This document shows, one piece after another, positions 11,601 to 38,898 of a stretch of 64,000 nt of DNA (positions are counted from its first letter, which is position 1; every line of letters begins with the position of its first letter). A program made the position numbers and the translations under genes. The notes below the pieces were generated by a model. The model had not been told where the DNA came from and did no database searches. It worked only from the letters and a program-made list of their open reading frames with translations. The stretch comes from Paraspadella gotoi. Lineage: Eukaryota > Animalia > Chaetognatha. The DNA is taken from the NCBI GenBank assembly GCA_051294375.1, contig CM119271.1:16216435-16280434 (forward strand), written 5' to 3'.

Positions 11601-12792
11601 TATTCAAAAAATAAAATTTTTCTTTTCAGTATTTTCATACAGTAAATATTTCAAAAAGCCTTGTTTTTTGGTATCAAATTCCCTATTATTTTTCGGCCGA
11701 TAGAGAAATAAAAATTTCGTCGAATACTGCTAATCCCTAAATTAGGATTGAACTAGTAAAATTAGGCATCGCGTTCGTGCATCTTATCATTTTGCTATCG
11801 CAACATCGGGTTTTTATTTCGTCTTTTTTTTTCTCAGGGGCTTAGTCTGCTGATCAGTTTATTTTTTGACAATAATTTTTTTTTTCTTTTTTTCAGAAAC
11901 GGTAACTGTAATTTTCCTTGGTACTTTATTATTTTTTTAAATTGACAATCGTAAAATAGAATTTTTTTTTCTAGTTAATAAAATATATTTTCTTTTCTTA
12001 AATTTTATTTTTTTAGTATCAAAATTTGTCGTCAATCTAGATTTTTCTTATGCGATTGCGACGATCTTTATGCTTTTAGTATTTTTTAAAATTTATTATT
12101 TTTTTTTTATTTGTTTTTTATTCGGAAGTTTCGGTATTAATTAGTTTCAATTAGAGGAAAATAAAACAAACATGTTTGGACTTTTTTTACTTAAAGATCT
12201 CTCTCTCTCTCTCTCCCCTCCACTATTGCAGAGTCCAAGAGCACGCCCGCAAGTCCCTCCCGGGTCTCACGTCCCGAGCGATCGAGACACGAAAGCAGCG
12301 GACGCGCGTAGAGGGAATGACGTTCGACGTTGACTCTGCAGCAGCCGCCGCGCGGACGATGCGGCGCAGCGACCTTCATTTCCAGAACATTCAGGATTTG
12401 TTGAAAAATAGCATGTTCATGCTGCAGCAAATCGAGTTCGAGGCTGGGAGGCGGAAAAAGCATGAAAACAATGAAAGGTGGGTTCCAACGGGCCGACCCT
12501 GGCCTGGGGTTAGGGGTGAATGAGTTGGTAAATTACGCAACCTTTATGACTGAGACTTTATTGTGACCAATCAATCTTTTTCCTTCCCTTCCCTGCACTG
12601 CACTGCAGCATGTACTCCCAACCTCAGCTGCGCATGTCGCGACCGTATTCCGTTAACGATCTTCCTGTCGGCGTCGGAGGCGGCGGCGTCGTCGCTCGCC
12701 AAGACCCGGCGTTGGACGACGCTGCTGCTGTGGAGGCGGCTGACGCCGCTGCTGTCTCTTCCGCGCCAAGGGATAGGAAGAGCGTCAATTGA
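8634..12792 (+). CDS. BORCS8: BLOC-1-related complex subunit 8 (MEF2BNB); exons 8634-8791, 12232-12477, 12609-12792
   Basis: KTKKVAEKFGDAMEAISNEPTLAMYR|VQEHARKSLP matches the BORCS8 motif (ANEPSVALYRLQEHVRRSLP). Introns are GT-AG with consistent phases. Confidence 0.88.
8899..9629 (-). mobile_element. TRIM (miniature non-autonomous LTR retrotransposon) with tRNA-like Pol III boxes in its LTRs
   Basis: Near-identical direct repeats at 8899-9150 and 9373-9629. On the minus strand they run TGTGGCAGC...GTTGCCATA. A 4-bp TSD AGAT flanks both ends. PBS TGGTGAGCCCTAC lies 2 nt inside the 5' LTR, and a PPT-like GGAGAAGTCTGGTGGGGGA precedes the 3' LTR. Confidence 0.88.
10180..10912. repeat. Foldback/MITE-like repeat with internal ~140-bp tandem units (gtggcgta[g/a]aatggcgtaaa)
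   Basis: Repeated tggcgtaaa motifs at 10480-10905 are mirrored by tttacgcca/tttacgtcaatt at 10185-10210. Confidence 0.55.
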
Positions 12793-13456
12793 TCGCGAGA
12801 ATTCTAAGAGAAAAAAAATCTAGTCGGTTTTGAGGTTAAAACTTGGTTAAAATTAATGTAGTAATTCAATTTAATTATGTTAATTATGTATAATAAAAAA
12901 TACGTGAATGGAAGTATACTTGACTAGCTTTCGCGGACTAACCGATATACGAAAAAACAAAATTTCTCTACAAATAAAAATGAACTGGATATGAATGTCG
13001 AATGCGCATATTTACTTTGAACCTTCTTCTCCTTACGAAACTAGTCTTCATGATTCACATCTTCTATTTATTTAAATAAAAAACTTTCGTTATATTGCTT
13101 TTTATACTTATTAGAATGTAAGTTTCCGTCGAGCCAGAAAACTGATCATCTTAACAAAGAATAAAGTGCAGCGCGAAAGATCTAAAAGGAACTAGAAAAT
13201 GTCTCCGCCGACGATGAAATTGAACGCGAGCCAATCACCGTCCGCATTGACGCAAATCGATCATCAACCTCTTCAGCATGGGAACTTCTTAATTCACCCG
13301 TCGTCGTCGCTTTCGTCGCTTTGAATTAAAAAATAGACAAAAGATCTTTGGACTCGGAAGAATTCCGTCGCCGATCGAAAGAGAGACGATGATTGTTCGG
13401 TGAGCGGGAAAGGATAGAAAGCGGTCGAGAAAGAAGCGGTCAAGACAGAAGCGGTC

Positions 13457-16138
13457 ATGGCGAAAAAGACGCGGAGAGACAGAACTGAGGTGAGCGAAGC
13501 TGATCTTTCTTCAAACCGTAGGTTTTAATCAGTTGGCGCTTGTAAAACCTAACCTTAACCCTTACAAAAAGGTGAGCTGCTTGATCAAATACCTCGTGTT
13601 CGGTTTCAACGTTTTCTTCTGGTTCATCGGTATCGCCATCTGCGCTGCTGGGTTCTACGCTTGGATTGAAAAAGACACAATTTCTAATCTGTCCAAACTC
13701 TCCAAGATTCCCTTCGATCCCGCCCTCGTTCTCATCGTTGTAGGCGGCGTCATGTTTATTCTGGGTAATAGGAATTGATAATACGTAAAAATTCTGGTTT
13801 TAATATTTGATAAATATTTAATTAACTTTCTCAGGTTTCACGGGCTGCGTGGGAGCGTTGAGAGAAAACACTTGTCTGCTTCTCTTTTTCACTGTCAATG
13901 TCGGACTCATTCTCTTTTTGGAATTATCTTTTGGTGTCCTTCTATTTATCTATAAGGTACGAGTAAATTTTAATCTTTTCTTCTCTCTCATTTAAAATCT
14001 TTTTTGAGCAAAAATCTCATTTACATATTGCAGTGTCCAATTATAATTAAATATTTTTTTTGTAGAAGCACAAATATCTTAAATATTTTTTTTATGTTGA
14101 GGTTTTCTTACGCAGAGCCGACAGAAACAACGCAAATTCGCTCGTAGTTTTTCGTAAATGAATAAAATCTGCCTTAATTCTGTTTATTTATGGTTTAAAA
14201 ATATCGCGATTTTGATCAATCCAATTTGAGCTGGTTATAATATAGATAAGCTTAGTCATTACCTTTAGTTCAGAGGACCTGACTTCGTGTGAAACGGTTG
14301 ATGTGCTTCGGCTTCGTGCTTCCTATGTTGTGCGGCCAAAACTCGTTGGCAACCGACGTACGAAACTTGAGTTTGAATCCCGAAACTCGAGTCTGAAACC
14401 CCCAAACGCTCGGTTCGCTGGCGAGGGCCGCCGACTGGCGACACGGCCTTGTCGCAGCCTCGGTCCGCTCCACGGGGTTCGAGAATGACGTCGCTCGCTC
14501 GTCCTCTGGTTAACCTTTTGTCAAAGAAAACTTTTCTATTTTATAATAGTAATGACTTAGTAATAACTTATAGTAATAACTTATAATAGTAATAACTTAT
14601 CGGATTTAAATATGCTCAGTTGTTGCGAACTTACCAAAGAATACTCCTCAAGTTACGCTGTTATTGATACCGTTGTTGTTTTTGTTTTCAATTTTGTTAA
14701 TATCGTTTTTGTTATTAATAAAAAAAACCAAAAACGTCCGCTCCTATTAATTAATCCCGCATCTTGGCAGGACTGGGTGAAGGATCAAGCCAAAGCGCAA
14801 TTCCAAACGATGATCGTCAACTACAGAGAAGATCCAGATTTGCAGAATTTGATCGATTGGGTTCAAGAAAAGTGGCTCAATTGCTGCGGGGTCCAGGGAC
14901 CCATTGATTGGGAGGTCAGTCTCTTGCATCAAATGTAATCTTCCTTTATTTGTCTTAATTATATTTCGATTAAACTCTTTTTTTGAAAGATTTTAATTTC
15001 CTCCTAGGTTCATTTATATTTTTTGTTAAGCTTTTTACGATTTGTTTCATTTTAAACTTTGACCGAGGTTGCCCCGTTCCATTTCACACGATTATCAGAT
15101 TCACCACCACGAGTTCATTTCCAGTATCCCCTAGACATTCCCACGTTTTTTTGAAAATGCGCATAGGTACGAATATAATTAGTTTCTTCAATATTGTTAG
15201 TTTTTTCACAAAATTTATTTTTAAAAAAAAATTTTATTTGACCGATTTCATTCCCTATTGTATTAGTTAAATCACCCTGAACTTTACTTAATAATTTTCC
15301 TTTCATTAAACACGAAATCAAGTTTTTTTTTTTTTTCGTTCATTCAATTTTGTTCAAATAACAAACAATGTCCTAAAAATTAATTGTCAAATCGTTAATC
15401 GCACGTGTTTAATGATAAAAATTGAATGATAAAAACTTTTTTCATCCGAAGATAGTAAACCTTTTTTGGCTCTACTATTGCACGATAACATTTTCTTCAT
15501 ACTCTTACCACGCCCCGCCCCCGCCTCCTCATTTACCCTCCCAGGCGAACATGTACTTCAACTGCTCGTCCAAGCAGCGCGGTTCGCGAGAAGCCTGCGG
15601 TGTCCCCTTCAGTTGCTGCAAACCCAAAGAGGGAGAGATCATCAAGAACAAACAGTGCGGCTACGATGTCCTCAGCAAAGATTACAAGGGGACGATGGGT
15701 CAAGTCATCTTCACTTCCGGTCAGAATTCCATTACAATTTGGAATCTTTTGATTTGGCCTCCTTGGATTGCATAGTTAGATGGCATTTTTTACGAAAGTC
15801 ATTTGATTGCATCATTCGATTGCCTAGTTTGATCGCATATTTTGATTGTATGATTTTATCCTTTGATTGAATACTTTGAATTCTTCCTTTGCTCGCATCA
15901 TTTGATTGCATCCTTCAGGCTGCATCGACGCCGGAGAGAAGTGGCTCGAGCGCAACTTGATTCCCGTCGCCGGCGCCGCCGTCGGGGTCGCCCTCATGCA
16001 GGTCATTTTTCAAATTAGTTAATTTAAATATTTAGGTAAATCTTTTAAAAATAATTATTATCTTTCCAGATTTTGGGGATTTGTTTTGCGCAAAACCTGA
16101 GGAGCGACATTTTTGCTCAGATGGCGAAATGGAGATAA
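13457..16138 (+). CDS. Tetraspanin of the TspanC8 group (TSPAN5/17-like); 7 exons
   Basis: EVSCLIKYLVFGFNVFFW, GFTGCVGALRENTCLL, YREDPDLQNLIDWVQ..CCG, NMYFNCS..SREACGVPFSCC, GICFAQNL. All introns are GT-AG. Confidence 0.93.
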
Positions 16139-17104
16139 AAACTAATAAAATATTTATTAATGTCGATGGGTAACACATATTATTTTAAAACTCACTTTTT
16201 TAAAATCATGACTGATAACATTTAATTGACTACTAGTATTTAATAAGAATATTTCGGAATATGTGAATCTATTTTAACATTCGGTCTGCAAACGAACCAA
16301 AAGCGATTATTATTATTAATATAAAATGTCTTTAACATTAAATACTACGAATTTTGCTTGTAAATTACTTATTAGGATTGTATTTTTTTTGCCACCTTCA
16401 GGTTGGTCATTCAAATACTTTTAAAAATATTTTTTTAAATCTGCTATCTGAATTTTCAAATGTGTCAAGATTTTAATTGATTACAAAGTAAATACAGTAA
16501 ATACTATTTCCAGATGCTTGTGCTATAAAAGTTACGAAATCGCAATTGTATTATACACGTTATTTATTTTTCGGCTCACATCAATTTCCTTTTCGTGTTA
16601 TATTAAATTTGTCTTCAAACTGTTTTAAACGATTTAATTTCTTAAAATTAATTCGATTATGAACTCGGTGTAAAGATGAAATAGTTAATTTAATCGACAA
16701 ATTAGTTAAATTTTTCCGTTTGATGTCGCGAATGTCCAAGTTTTTCACTCGAGCGGCCTTGGTTTTGTTTTTTTTAAAACAAAATGTAATCTGTATACAT
16801 GTCACAGAACCTAACATAAGATGCTGTATTTGCAATGTATTATGTATAACCTTGTAACGACGTCGTCGTCGTCGTCGAAGTCTTCTCGGATTAAAATGCT
16901 TTTTCCAAAAAAAAAATTGTTTTTATTTCCCAAATAAAAGAAATAAGTCAGTTGTTACTTGATAGAGTTAGATCGTTGCTGCCTCAACAATGTGACTGGA
17001 AACTAGTGCAAAAATTTCGAAGACAATAAATCGAAACATAATTTTCTTTCTTACCTTTTCTGCTCTCGAGAGTCAAAGGCAAATATTTTTGTTTCTATAA
17101 TTAA

Positions 17105-24638
<7,534 letters not shown>

Positions 24639-24856
24639 CTCATTGTTTTATATCAAATTTGGTAGCGTTCGATAGACAATTACAAACATTATCTACATGC
24701 ATAATTTCATCATAATCCGACAATCCGTTAAAAGTAATCGCCAAAAAGCAATCGCAAAAATCGCTCTTCAAACCGATCAACTTTCCTTTAAAATCGAGCT
24801 CGTTTTGATCCAACAAAGATTAGTACTATGCGTAGTACTAAGCTTTAGAACCGGCG

Positions 24857-25180
24857 CACAGTGAGATCCTGGGCCTGAATTTTTCAGAAAAATCCCGTTC
24901 AGTTAAAAATATTTTTTTATTATATATATTAATTATAAAAATATTTTTTTTAAAATTTATTTGAATATTAAAAAAATTAAAACATAATTTTTTATAATTT
25001 TAAATAAATAAAATAAAATTATTTTATAATAAAATATATATTATTATCAGATTATATAATAATAATAAAATAATAATAATAATAAAATAATAATAATAAA
25101 ATAAAAATAATAATTATAATTAAAAAAATAAAATTAAAAAATAAAATATTTATATTTTATTTACTATTATTATTTTATTA

Positions 25181-25231
<51 letters not shown>

Positions 25232-25603
25232 TATTATTATTATTATTTTTATTATTATTATTATTATTATTAAAATAAAAAAAATAAATTTTTTTTGATT
25301 TATTATATTTAATATAATTATTATATTTTATTAAAATTAAAATTTTATTTTAATCTTATATTTTTTAATCATATCATAATAAAAAAACTCGCAGTTTAGA
25401 AAAATTAGCTAATTTTATTGTAAAATATATTTTTTTATATATATATACTTTTAATATATATTATTATCTTTCTCAGATTGAATAAAAAAAATTATTTTTA
25501 ACACTATAATTATATTTATATAAATATTTTATATATTATATAATAATATAAAAAATTTAAAAATTTATTTTTCTAGCATTTGGGACTCCCAAGCAACACT
25601 GTG
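24857..25603. mobile_element. Transib/RAG-like non-autonomous DNA transposon (MITE)
   Basis: Termini CACAGTG...CACTGTG; 5-bp flanks CGGCG / CGACG (CGNCG); each end has AGAAAAAT exactly 22 nt inside the heptamer; the interior is extremely AT-rich. Confidence 0.75.
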
Positions 25604-26167
25604 CGACGATTTTTGTTTTTAATAAGTTTTTATTGGACTTTTTTTAAATTTTGCATTATATTGAGAAAACGCCTTTGAATTAAGCCCGCGCTCTACCTGA
25701 TTTGAATAGTAAAATCAATACAGTTTCTGTCAATTGTGATCAAAATTGAAAAAAATGAAGGCTTGACTATGCAGTTTTCACCTAAAAAAGAGTTCATTTG
25801 ATTGCTTTATCAAGCAATTAAGATTGCAAGAATTTTAATTTTGCTTTTTTTCATCATGTAGAGAAGACAATAAGGTTTCGGAAACTGTACTAATAGGTAT
25901 GATTTGGTCTTTTTTACTCAAGAGCCAGGAGGTTTTCTTGGAATAGTGAAAAAACGGCCTGACCAGTCCATTTAAATACCATTTTTGGGCATGATAAAAT
26001 GGGAATTTCGATCGCACTCTACCTCCATTGGCTTCCCAAGACGCCAAGCTTTCGAAATCTGCCCATATTGACATAATTTGTTTTGGCCTTGAATATGCAG
26101 TTTTGAATAGAAGTAAAATATAAAGGAATCTTGATCGGAGCTTCGATTCGAACGATGCTCATCTCTA

Positions 26168-26242
<75 letters not shown>

Positions 26243-26277
26243 CATCTATCTATCTATCTATTCTGTCATTGTCTCAC

Positions 26278-26609
26278 CTTCAAATCGAACGTCGTCGTCT
26301 CCTTCGCTTAAAATAGATAATAACTTGTCTTGCCTCTCTCTCTCTAACTTCTCTCTCCTCTCTTTCCTCTCTCTCTCTAACCTCTCTCTTTCCTCCTCCA
26401 TCTCTCTCCTTATTCTCCTCTTTGCCTCCTCTACACTCTCTTTCTCTCTCCTCTTTCTTCTCTCCTCTTCTTCCTCTCTCTTCGCCTTTCTCTCTCTCCT
26501 CTCTCTCTCCACTCTCTCTTTCATCGCCGCGAAGATTTTGTCATCTTCCTCTTCCTCCTCCTCTTCCTCCTCCTCCTCATCTTGGGCGCTGCTTCGTTTT
26601 CGGAACCTG

Positions 26610-26683
<74 letters not shown>

Positions 26684-27080
26684 TAAGCAATAGACAATAT
26701 ACTAGATACTACTTCTCTATTTATTATCCTTATAAATGTATTTATAAATATAATTAAAACAATTTATGAGTCGTTTTGATTCACAGAGCAAGAGATGAAC
26801 TCGTAAACGGGCCTTTCCCATCGCCAGACGCTGAAAGTCAAAAAAAGGAAGACATTGTCGGTAAACTTAACCACTAATTTTGTCGCATTTTAAAATTAAT
26901 AAAAACTTAACATCTTAAACTTTTGTTTCCTAAAATTCCAAGTTTATCGTAAGTTTTGATCCAACTCGAATTAAGCGAAGAATTGAATCCGAATTTCGAT
27001 GTCGTCGTCGGTTTCGTCGTCGTCGGTTTCGTCGTCGTCGTCTCAACGACGAACGGTGACGAATGTGGATCTTTCATCAT
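26278..27080 (-). CDS. Probable upstream exons of the TTLL gene (Thr-rich and Glu/Arg coiled-coil segments); joins unresolved
   Basis: An ATG at 27080 opens MMKDPHSSPFVVETTTT; an E/R-rich exon ~26278-26607 has cccag and gtgaga splice sites; same strand as TTLL. I could not make the phases join cleanly. Confidence 0.4.
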
Positions 27081-27526
27081 CAGAAAATAAAATTCTTTAA
27101 AAATAATAATTAACTAAAAATCCGTAATAAATACATAAAAAAAATTAAAAGAAAAAAGTTTAGAATAGAGTAAGTTTATCAACAGATTCTAAGATGTAAT
27201 CTTTTCAGTTGAATTTTCAGATCTAAGACTTCAAATAAAAAGGAAAAAAGCAAGAGCTTAGGGCAAGTAACGTTTTACATTGGGGGCCACGAAATTTATC
27301 AAGAATTAATGTTACGAAACAAATTAAGTAGATAAGCATAATAATGTTTTATAAAAGTAATTATAAAAGTTCAAAAATACTATACATAACCATAGAACTA
27401 AGTCTTCCTTTTTCAATTTGATAGTCGAATTAGAATAACCATCTCACCTTTTGTTTCCGGAATCGACTTTCTTTTTTTAAATTCCGCAAGAGGCGCTGCG
27501 GTTTGTCGGAGAATGTGATTTCTCCG

Positions 27527-27549
27527 GTTGCCATGCGAATCTGTAAACA
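27527..27549. promoter_or_regulatory. RFX X-box plus adjacent forkhead site between TTLL3-like and IFT88
   Basis: GTTGCCATGCGAAT (27527-27540) fits the X-box consensus RYHNYYWTRSVRAY; GTAAACA follows at 27543-27549. Confidence 0.72.
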
Positions 27550-27780
27550 AGAGAACGACCTCAACGAACTCATCTCTCGGATTTCTCCTTTACAAATTTG
27601 GATTTCAATTGCTCTAGATCAAAATAGTGTTATATATAAGTCTTAGCTAATTGTATAAAAATTTGGCGCTTTGTTTTATAACGCGTTACACTTTACTCCG
27701 TAATAGACATATTTTAATGAAGCTAAATTTCGATTGACGAATTAAATTAGTTAAATATTATACAATTATAGTCTCTATAA

Positions 27781-34413
<6,633 letters not shown>

Positions 34414-36319
34414 AAGTTAATTGTAGTGATAATAATTTGTGTTATAAATTCACCAAATAATTTTAGTAATTTATTAGATTATTAGATTTTTTAGGATTTT
34501 ATTGTTTTATAATTGAAGGCCTTGATAATAAATTTATTTCTACAGGACATCAGTTTGGATGTTTACTGTTTTAATTTTATTTAGGGTTTACCATGTTTAG
34601 CATGTTTTATTAACTATGAGAAGCATCTGTAAATTCCTTTTTTCCGTTTGTAGTTTGTAGTTTTATTTTACATTATTTTACATTAATCATTAAAAGATAA
34701 TAAAAATGATTATTGTTTTTCTGACTTGCGCTTTGCCTTCATCATGAAAATACATGTAGCTATTTTAATTTGCCAAGGACAGAGTATTTGATAACGTAAA
34801 TGATAACGTAGATCACTTTTAAAATAGTTATGCTAGTTTTCTTTCTCATCGAATTCTCAAAATAAAGACGTTTATTAGAGATAGAAAAGAGGTAGCCAGC
34901 TGTTTAGCAATTATGGTTGTGGGAATTTTATTTCATATCAAGAATGATTCAGTAGCAAACATCAGCAACAAACTAAACCAAACAAATAAAAATATAATTA
35001 AGAGGTTAACGTGAGATCATTTCTATATCTTCATAGCGTAAACGTTTACCAAAAAATATCAATGTTTACTAAAGCAATGTTTATTTTAATTCTTAACATT
35101 ATTGTGAACGAGAAAAAGGGGAAGGATTTTTAATTCGCAAGTTTCAAGTCGCAAACGCTCCTTAGATCGCGTGGCGGTTGGCGAATGCCTCTCTCGGCTC
35201 ACCGCTCACTATCTTCGAATTGCTCTCAACTGCTCCTGACATGCCTCAGGAGCAAAGTCTCTTCTTCTCCTCCGCACTCCTTACTTCGCTTGCCTCTCCT
35301 ACTCCTCATCCTAGGAGCAAAGCCCTTCCTTTCTTCTGGTCTTTCTGCATTTGATCCCTTGCTCCCTCCTATGTTGTTGATCAGTGTTTGTGAGCGGAGC
35401 GTTTGCTGTTTGTTGGTTTGGTCGATCGAATGATAGAAATGGAAAGAAGAATGTATCGGCCTTTTTGCAACTATTTTTATTGATCGGAATTACGGAATGG
35501 AATGGCTAAAAACGGTTTAGAATTGGATATTTTTTATTTCATGGCATAATTTACTGCTTTTAGCTACAGTTTTACCTATTTTTTGTCATTTTTTTATTCT
35601 GAAAGGAAAAAGACAGACAGCAATTTTAACACATTTTGATGAATTTGAATGGTTGAACGAATAAAAGGTGAACAATTAAAAATAGAGTTCAAAGACAGAG
35701 GGCAAAGACAGTCAAATGAGAAACTAACGGATTGATGGATGTGAGGAGAAAATGTTTTTGAGATGGCCAAATTATTAAAAAATTTTTAATGGGTTCAAGT
35801 CAACCTCCCGGTTTGTAATCAGGTTTGCCTTTGCCTTTGGAGAGCGACAGAAAGGCGGGGGAAAAAAGATTTACATTCCAGGGAATTGTTCAATGTTCAT
35901 CTCCGCATCGACGAGGCGTTTTGGTGGGGCGATGGCCTTTATTTTTCTTTAACCTGTCAATTTTCTGGGTTTTTCCCCTATTTCTAGATTATCGAAAAAC
36001 AAAACGGAGAATCGAAAATCTTCCTCGCCTCAGCGGGGCTCTTGAAAATATATTTCAAGATATAGATCTTTTAGCCGCTTATTCGGCAAACTTAAATTTT
36101 GGCCTCCCAAGGTTATAGTCAGTGCCTGATTAGGTTTAATGTAAAAGTTTAAAATCAACAAATTTTAGGAATTAATTCTTGAAAACTTATTTTTAGGTGA
36201 ATACTGATCTATATTTATTTTGGCTTTTTTCATTAAATGTCAAAACATTAAAATCCTGTTTTTAATTCTGAAGAACCACAGATTTCAAATCCTCATCAAA
36301 AGTGTGTCTAAAAAAAAAA

Positions 36320-36985
36320 AAATTAAAGAATTAGGTCGTTAAGAGAGATTGGTCAAATTTATGGCAAAAGATCTATAATTTTTAGGCGTGAAAATTAAAA
36401 AAAACGGTATTTGTTTAATGAAAAGAATTTTAGGAAAAACATGTAAGTGGCTTGATTATATGTATCTGAGATGCAAAATGGTTTTTGGTTCAACAACGAA
36501 TTGAATTGACCTGAAAATTTTTGCCATAGTGGGTAGGAAAAGTGGTGTGAGTCAAGCTGGAAATCAAAGTGTTTGATGGAGATCCGAAATAATGTGGACA
36601 GAATGAGTTTAAAATGAAAAAAAACAAAAAACCTGTTTCAGACTAATTTTTATGATGCGGTGTCTTTTTCTTTTTATATTAAAATGTAATGCAAGATGGA
36701 TATAATTAATCAAGAGTAAATTAACTGCAGGTTAATTAATAGCAATTAGTCAAATTAGTTAATGCAAGTTATTGAATTAAATCCAGTAATTAATCAAATC
36801 AAAACAAACATTTGTGGTCGAGTTAATTAAATATAATTGTACTAATTAGGATCTAATTAGATAATTAGATTAATTGACTATTTTAATTAATTTGATTGAC
36901 TAATTATTAATTTAACATTGAATTAATTATAATTAAGTTAATTATTTAATTACCGATCAATTATAAGTGGGTAGGATCCGACGCA
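36320..36985. repeat. Dispersed repeat with TTAATTAA-rich tract; also 38378-38890, 44200-44800, inverted at ~62875-63470
   Basis: Shared segments gtgggtaggaaagtgtgtgatcaagctggaaatcaag, aaaacaaacatttgtggtcgag and gtgggtag(g)atccga. Confidence 0.75.
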
Positions 36986-38898
36986 GTTGTTTGCTGCAAC
37001 ACTTGAGTATTATATGGTTGACTCTCCGTCATCTCACTCATCTCAGGTCTCCTTTCTCTGTTCGGCTCATCTCATCTTCTGGCTTTCTCTTGGCTCCGTC
37101 CGTGTCAGTTACCGCCAGTCTTTTTGATTAACGAACGTCGTGAGAGTTTCCGCTTTAGTTGAAGGTTCACAATACATTTGATATTATGTCCAGAGTTATT
37201 TTTAAGTCAATGGGCTTGTAATGATCTTATCATGGTTACAGGACGCCATTAAGCTCTAAAAATAAAATATCTTTGAGGCTGAGATTAGCAAAAACATAAA
37301 AAACGGGGAGTTTACTATACAATGCCGCCGACTAACAGTTTGTCGCAAAAGGATTTTAAATTTTAATCGCAATCATCGTAGTTTTCTGCGATCTGGAAAT
37401 TTTAGTGCACCGAAGGCAGTAGGAATTGATATGATTTTTAAAGTAAATTAATAACACTTGAATCGAGTTTACGTAAATCAGAGAATTGTTTTTAGTCGTC
37501 TTGCAAATCAACAGTGTTTTTTTACCCGATGGCAATGGAAACTTACAGACATATTTGGGCAAAGTTTTTTTAACTGGTAAGTGAAATTTGGCATCATTAA
37601 TCTACTCGGCGCACTATTAATACACCTAGTTTCTTCTTTATCTCCATTACTTTGGTTAATACCGCGTGTCCGTTGTGGCGAGTGACACGCGCAAAACATC
37701 TTTACTATCCATTTAAATTATTTATTAAATATTAAATAAATCATGAAGATATAAGTCATGTATTGATGGAAAACTACTAGAGCGTTTTATTGTATTGTAT
37801 AGAAGTTTCATTCTTGTGTTTAAATTCATTTACTAATCTATGTTTACATTTTGGTATCTAAAAACAGTAAAATTAGCAAAAAAGAGACCTATATTTCAGG
37901 CGTGTTCTACAGGCTAAATTAAAAAAACATCATAAGGAAAGATCCCTATTAAATGATCTAATCACATGGCTATCATCTATAATTTAATCCATAATGTCGT
38001 TATGAATGATTTGCTTTATTTATTTTTTGCTTATTGTAAATGCTTATGATTTATTTAATACAATTCGTCGCAAGTTCAGAAAAAAATGCTGTGCCTGAGC
38101 GTATTCTTGGAACTGTTTTTGAAATAATTATTCTTATATGCCGTAAGATTGCGCCGCCACGACTAATTTTTCATTATATGGGGTGAAGGAATTTTAAATA
38201 ACTTTTAAGTAATGTTATAAATGATTTTTTTTTAAGATTCACGTTTTTTTACCGAAGATGAAATTTGGATGTCCAACTTAAAGAAAGGTTGGTTTTTTAG
38301 CATAAGGTTAAATTGTCAACATTAATCTTATGAAATTAAAATATAATAAAAGNNNNNNNNNNNNNNNNNNNNNNNNNTTGGCAAAAGATTATATTTTTAG
38401 GCTGAAAATTAAAAAAAACGGTATTTTTTAATGAAAGAATTTTAGAAAATAAGTTGTTATATGTATTGAGGCAAAATGGTTTTGGTTCACAACGAATTGA
38501 ATTGACCTGAAATTTTGCATGTGGGTAGGAAAGTGTGTGATCAAGCTGGAAATCAAGTTTTGATGGAATCGAAATAAATGTGGAAATGAGTTTAAATGAA
38601 AAAAAACAAAAAACCTGTTTCACTAATTTATTATGCTTCTTTTTCTTTTTATATTAAATGTAAATGCAAGATGTATAAATTAATCAAATAATTAATCAGT
38701 TAATTAATCAATTAGTCAATTAGTTAATCAATTATTAATTAATCAGTCAATTAATCAATCAAAACAAACATTTGTGGTCGAGTTAATTAATTAATTGACT
38801 AATTAATTAATTAGATAATTAATTAATTGACTATTTAATTAAATTATTGACTAATTAATTAATTAACTTGAATTAATTATTAATTAATTAATCGCGCG

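Larger units (their letters stand above)
8816..12090. mobile_element. Possible DINE-1/Helentron-like non-autonomous element filling most of the long BORCS8 intron
   Basis: T-run, then ATCGTCGCAAT (8822-8832), then a (GTC)n microsatellite. The inverted copy ATTGCGACGAT is at 12055-12065, followed by T-rich sequence. Confidence 0.4.
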
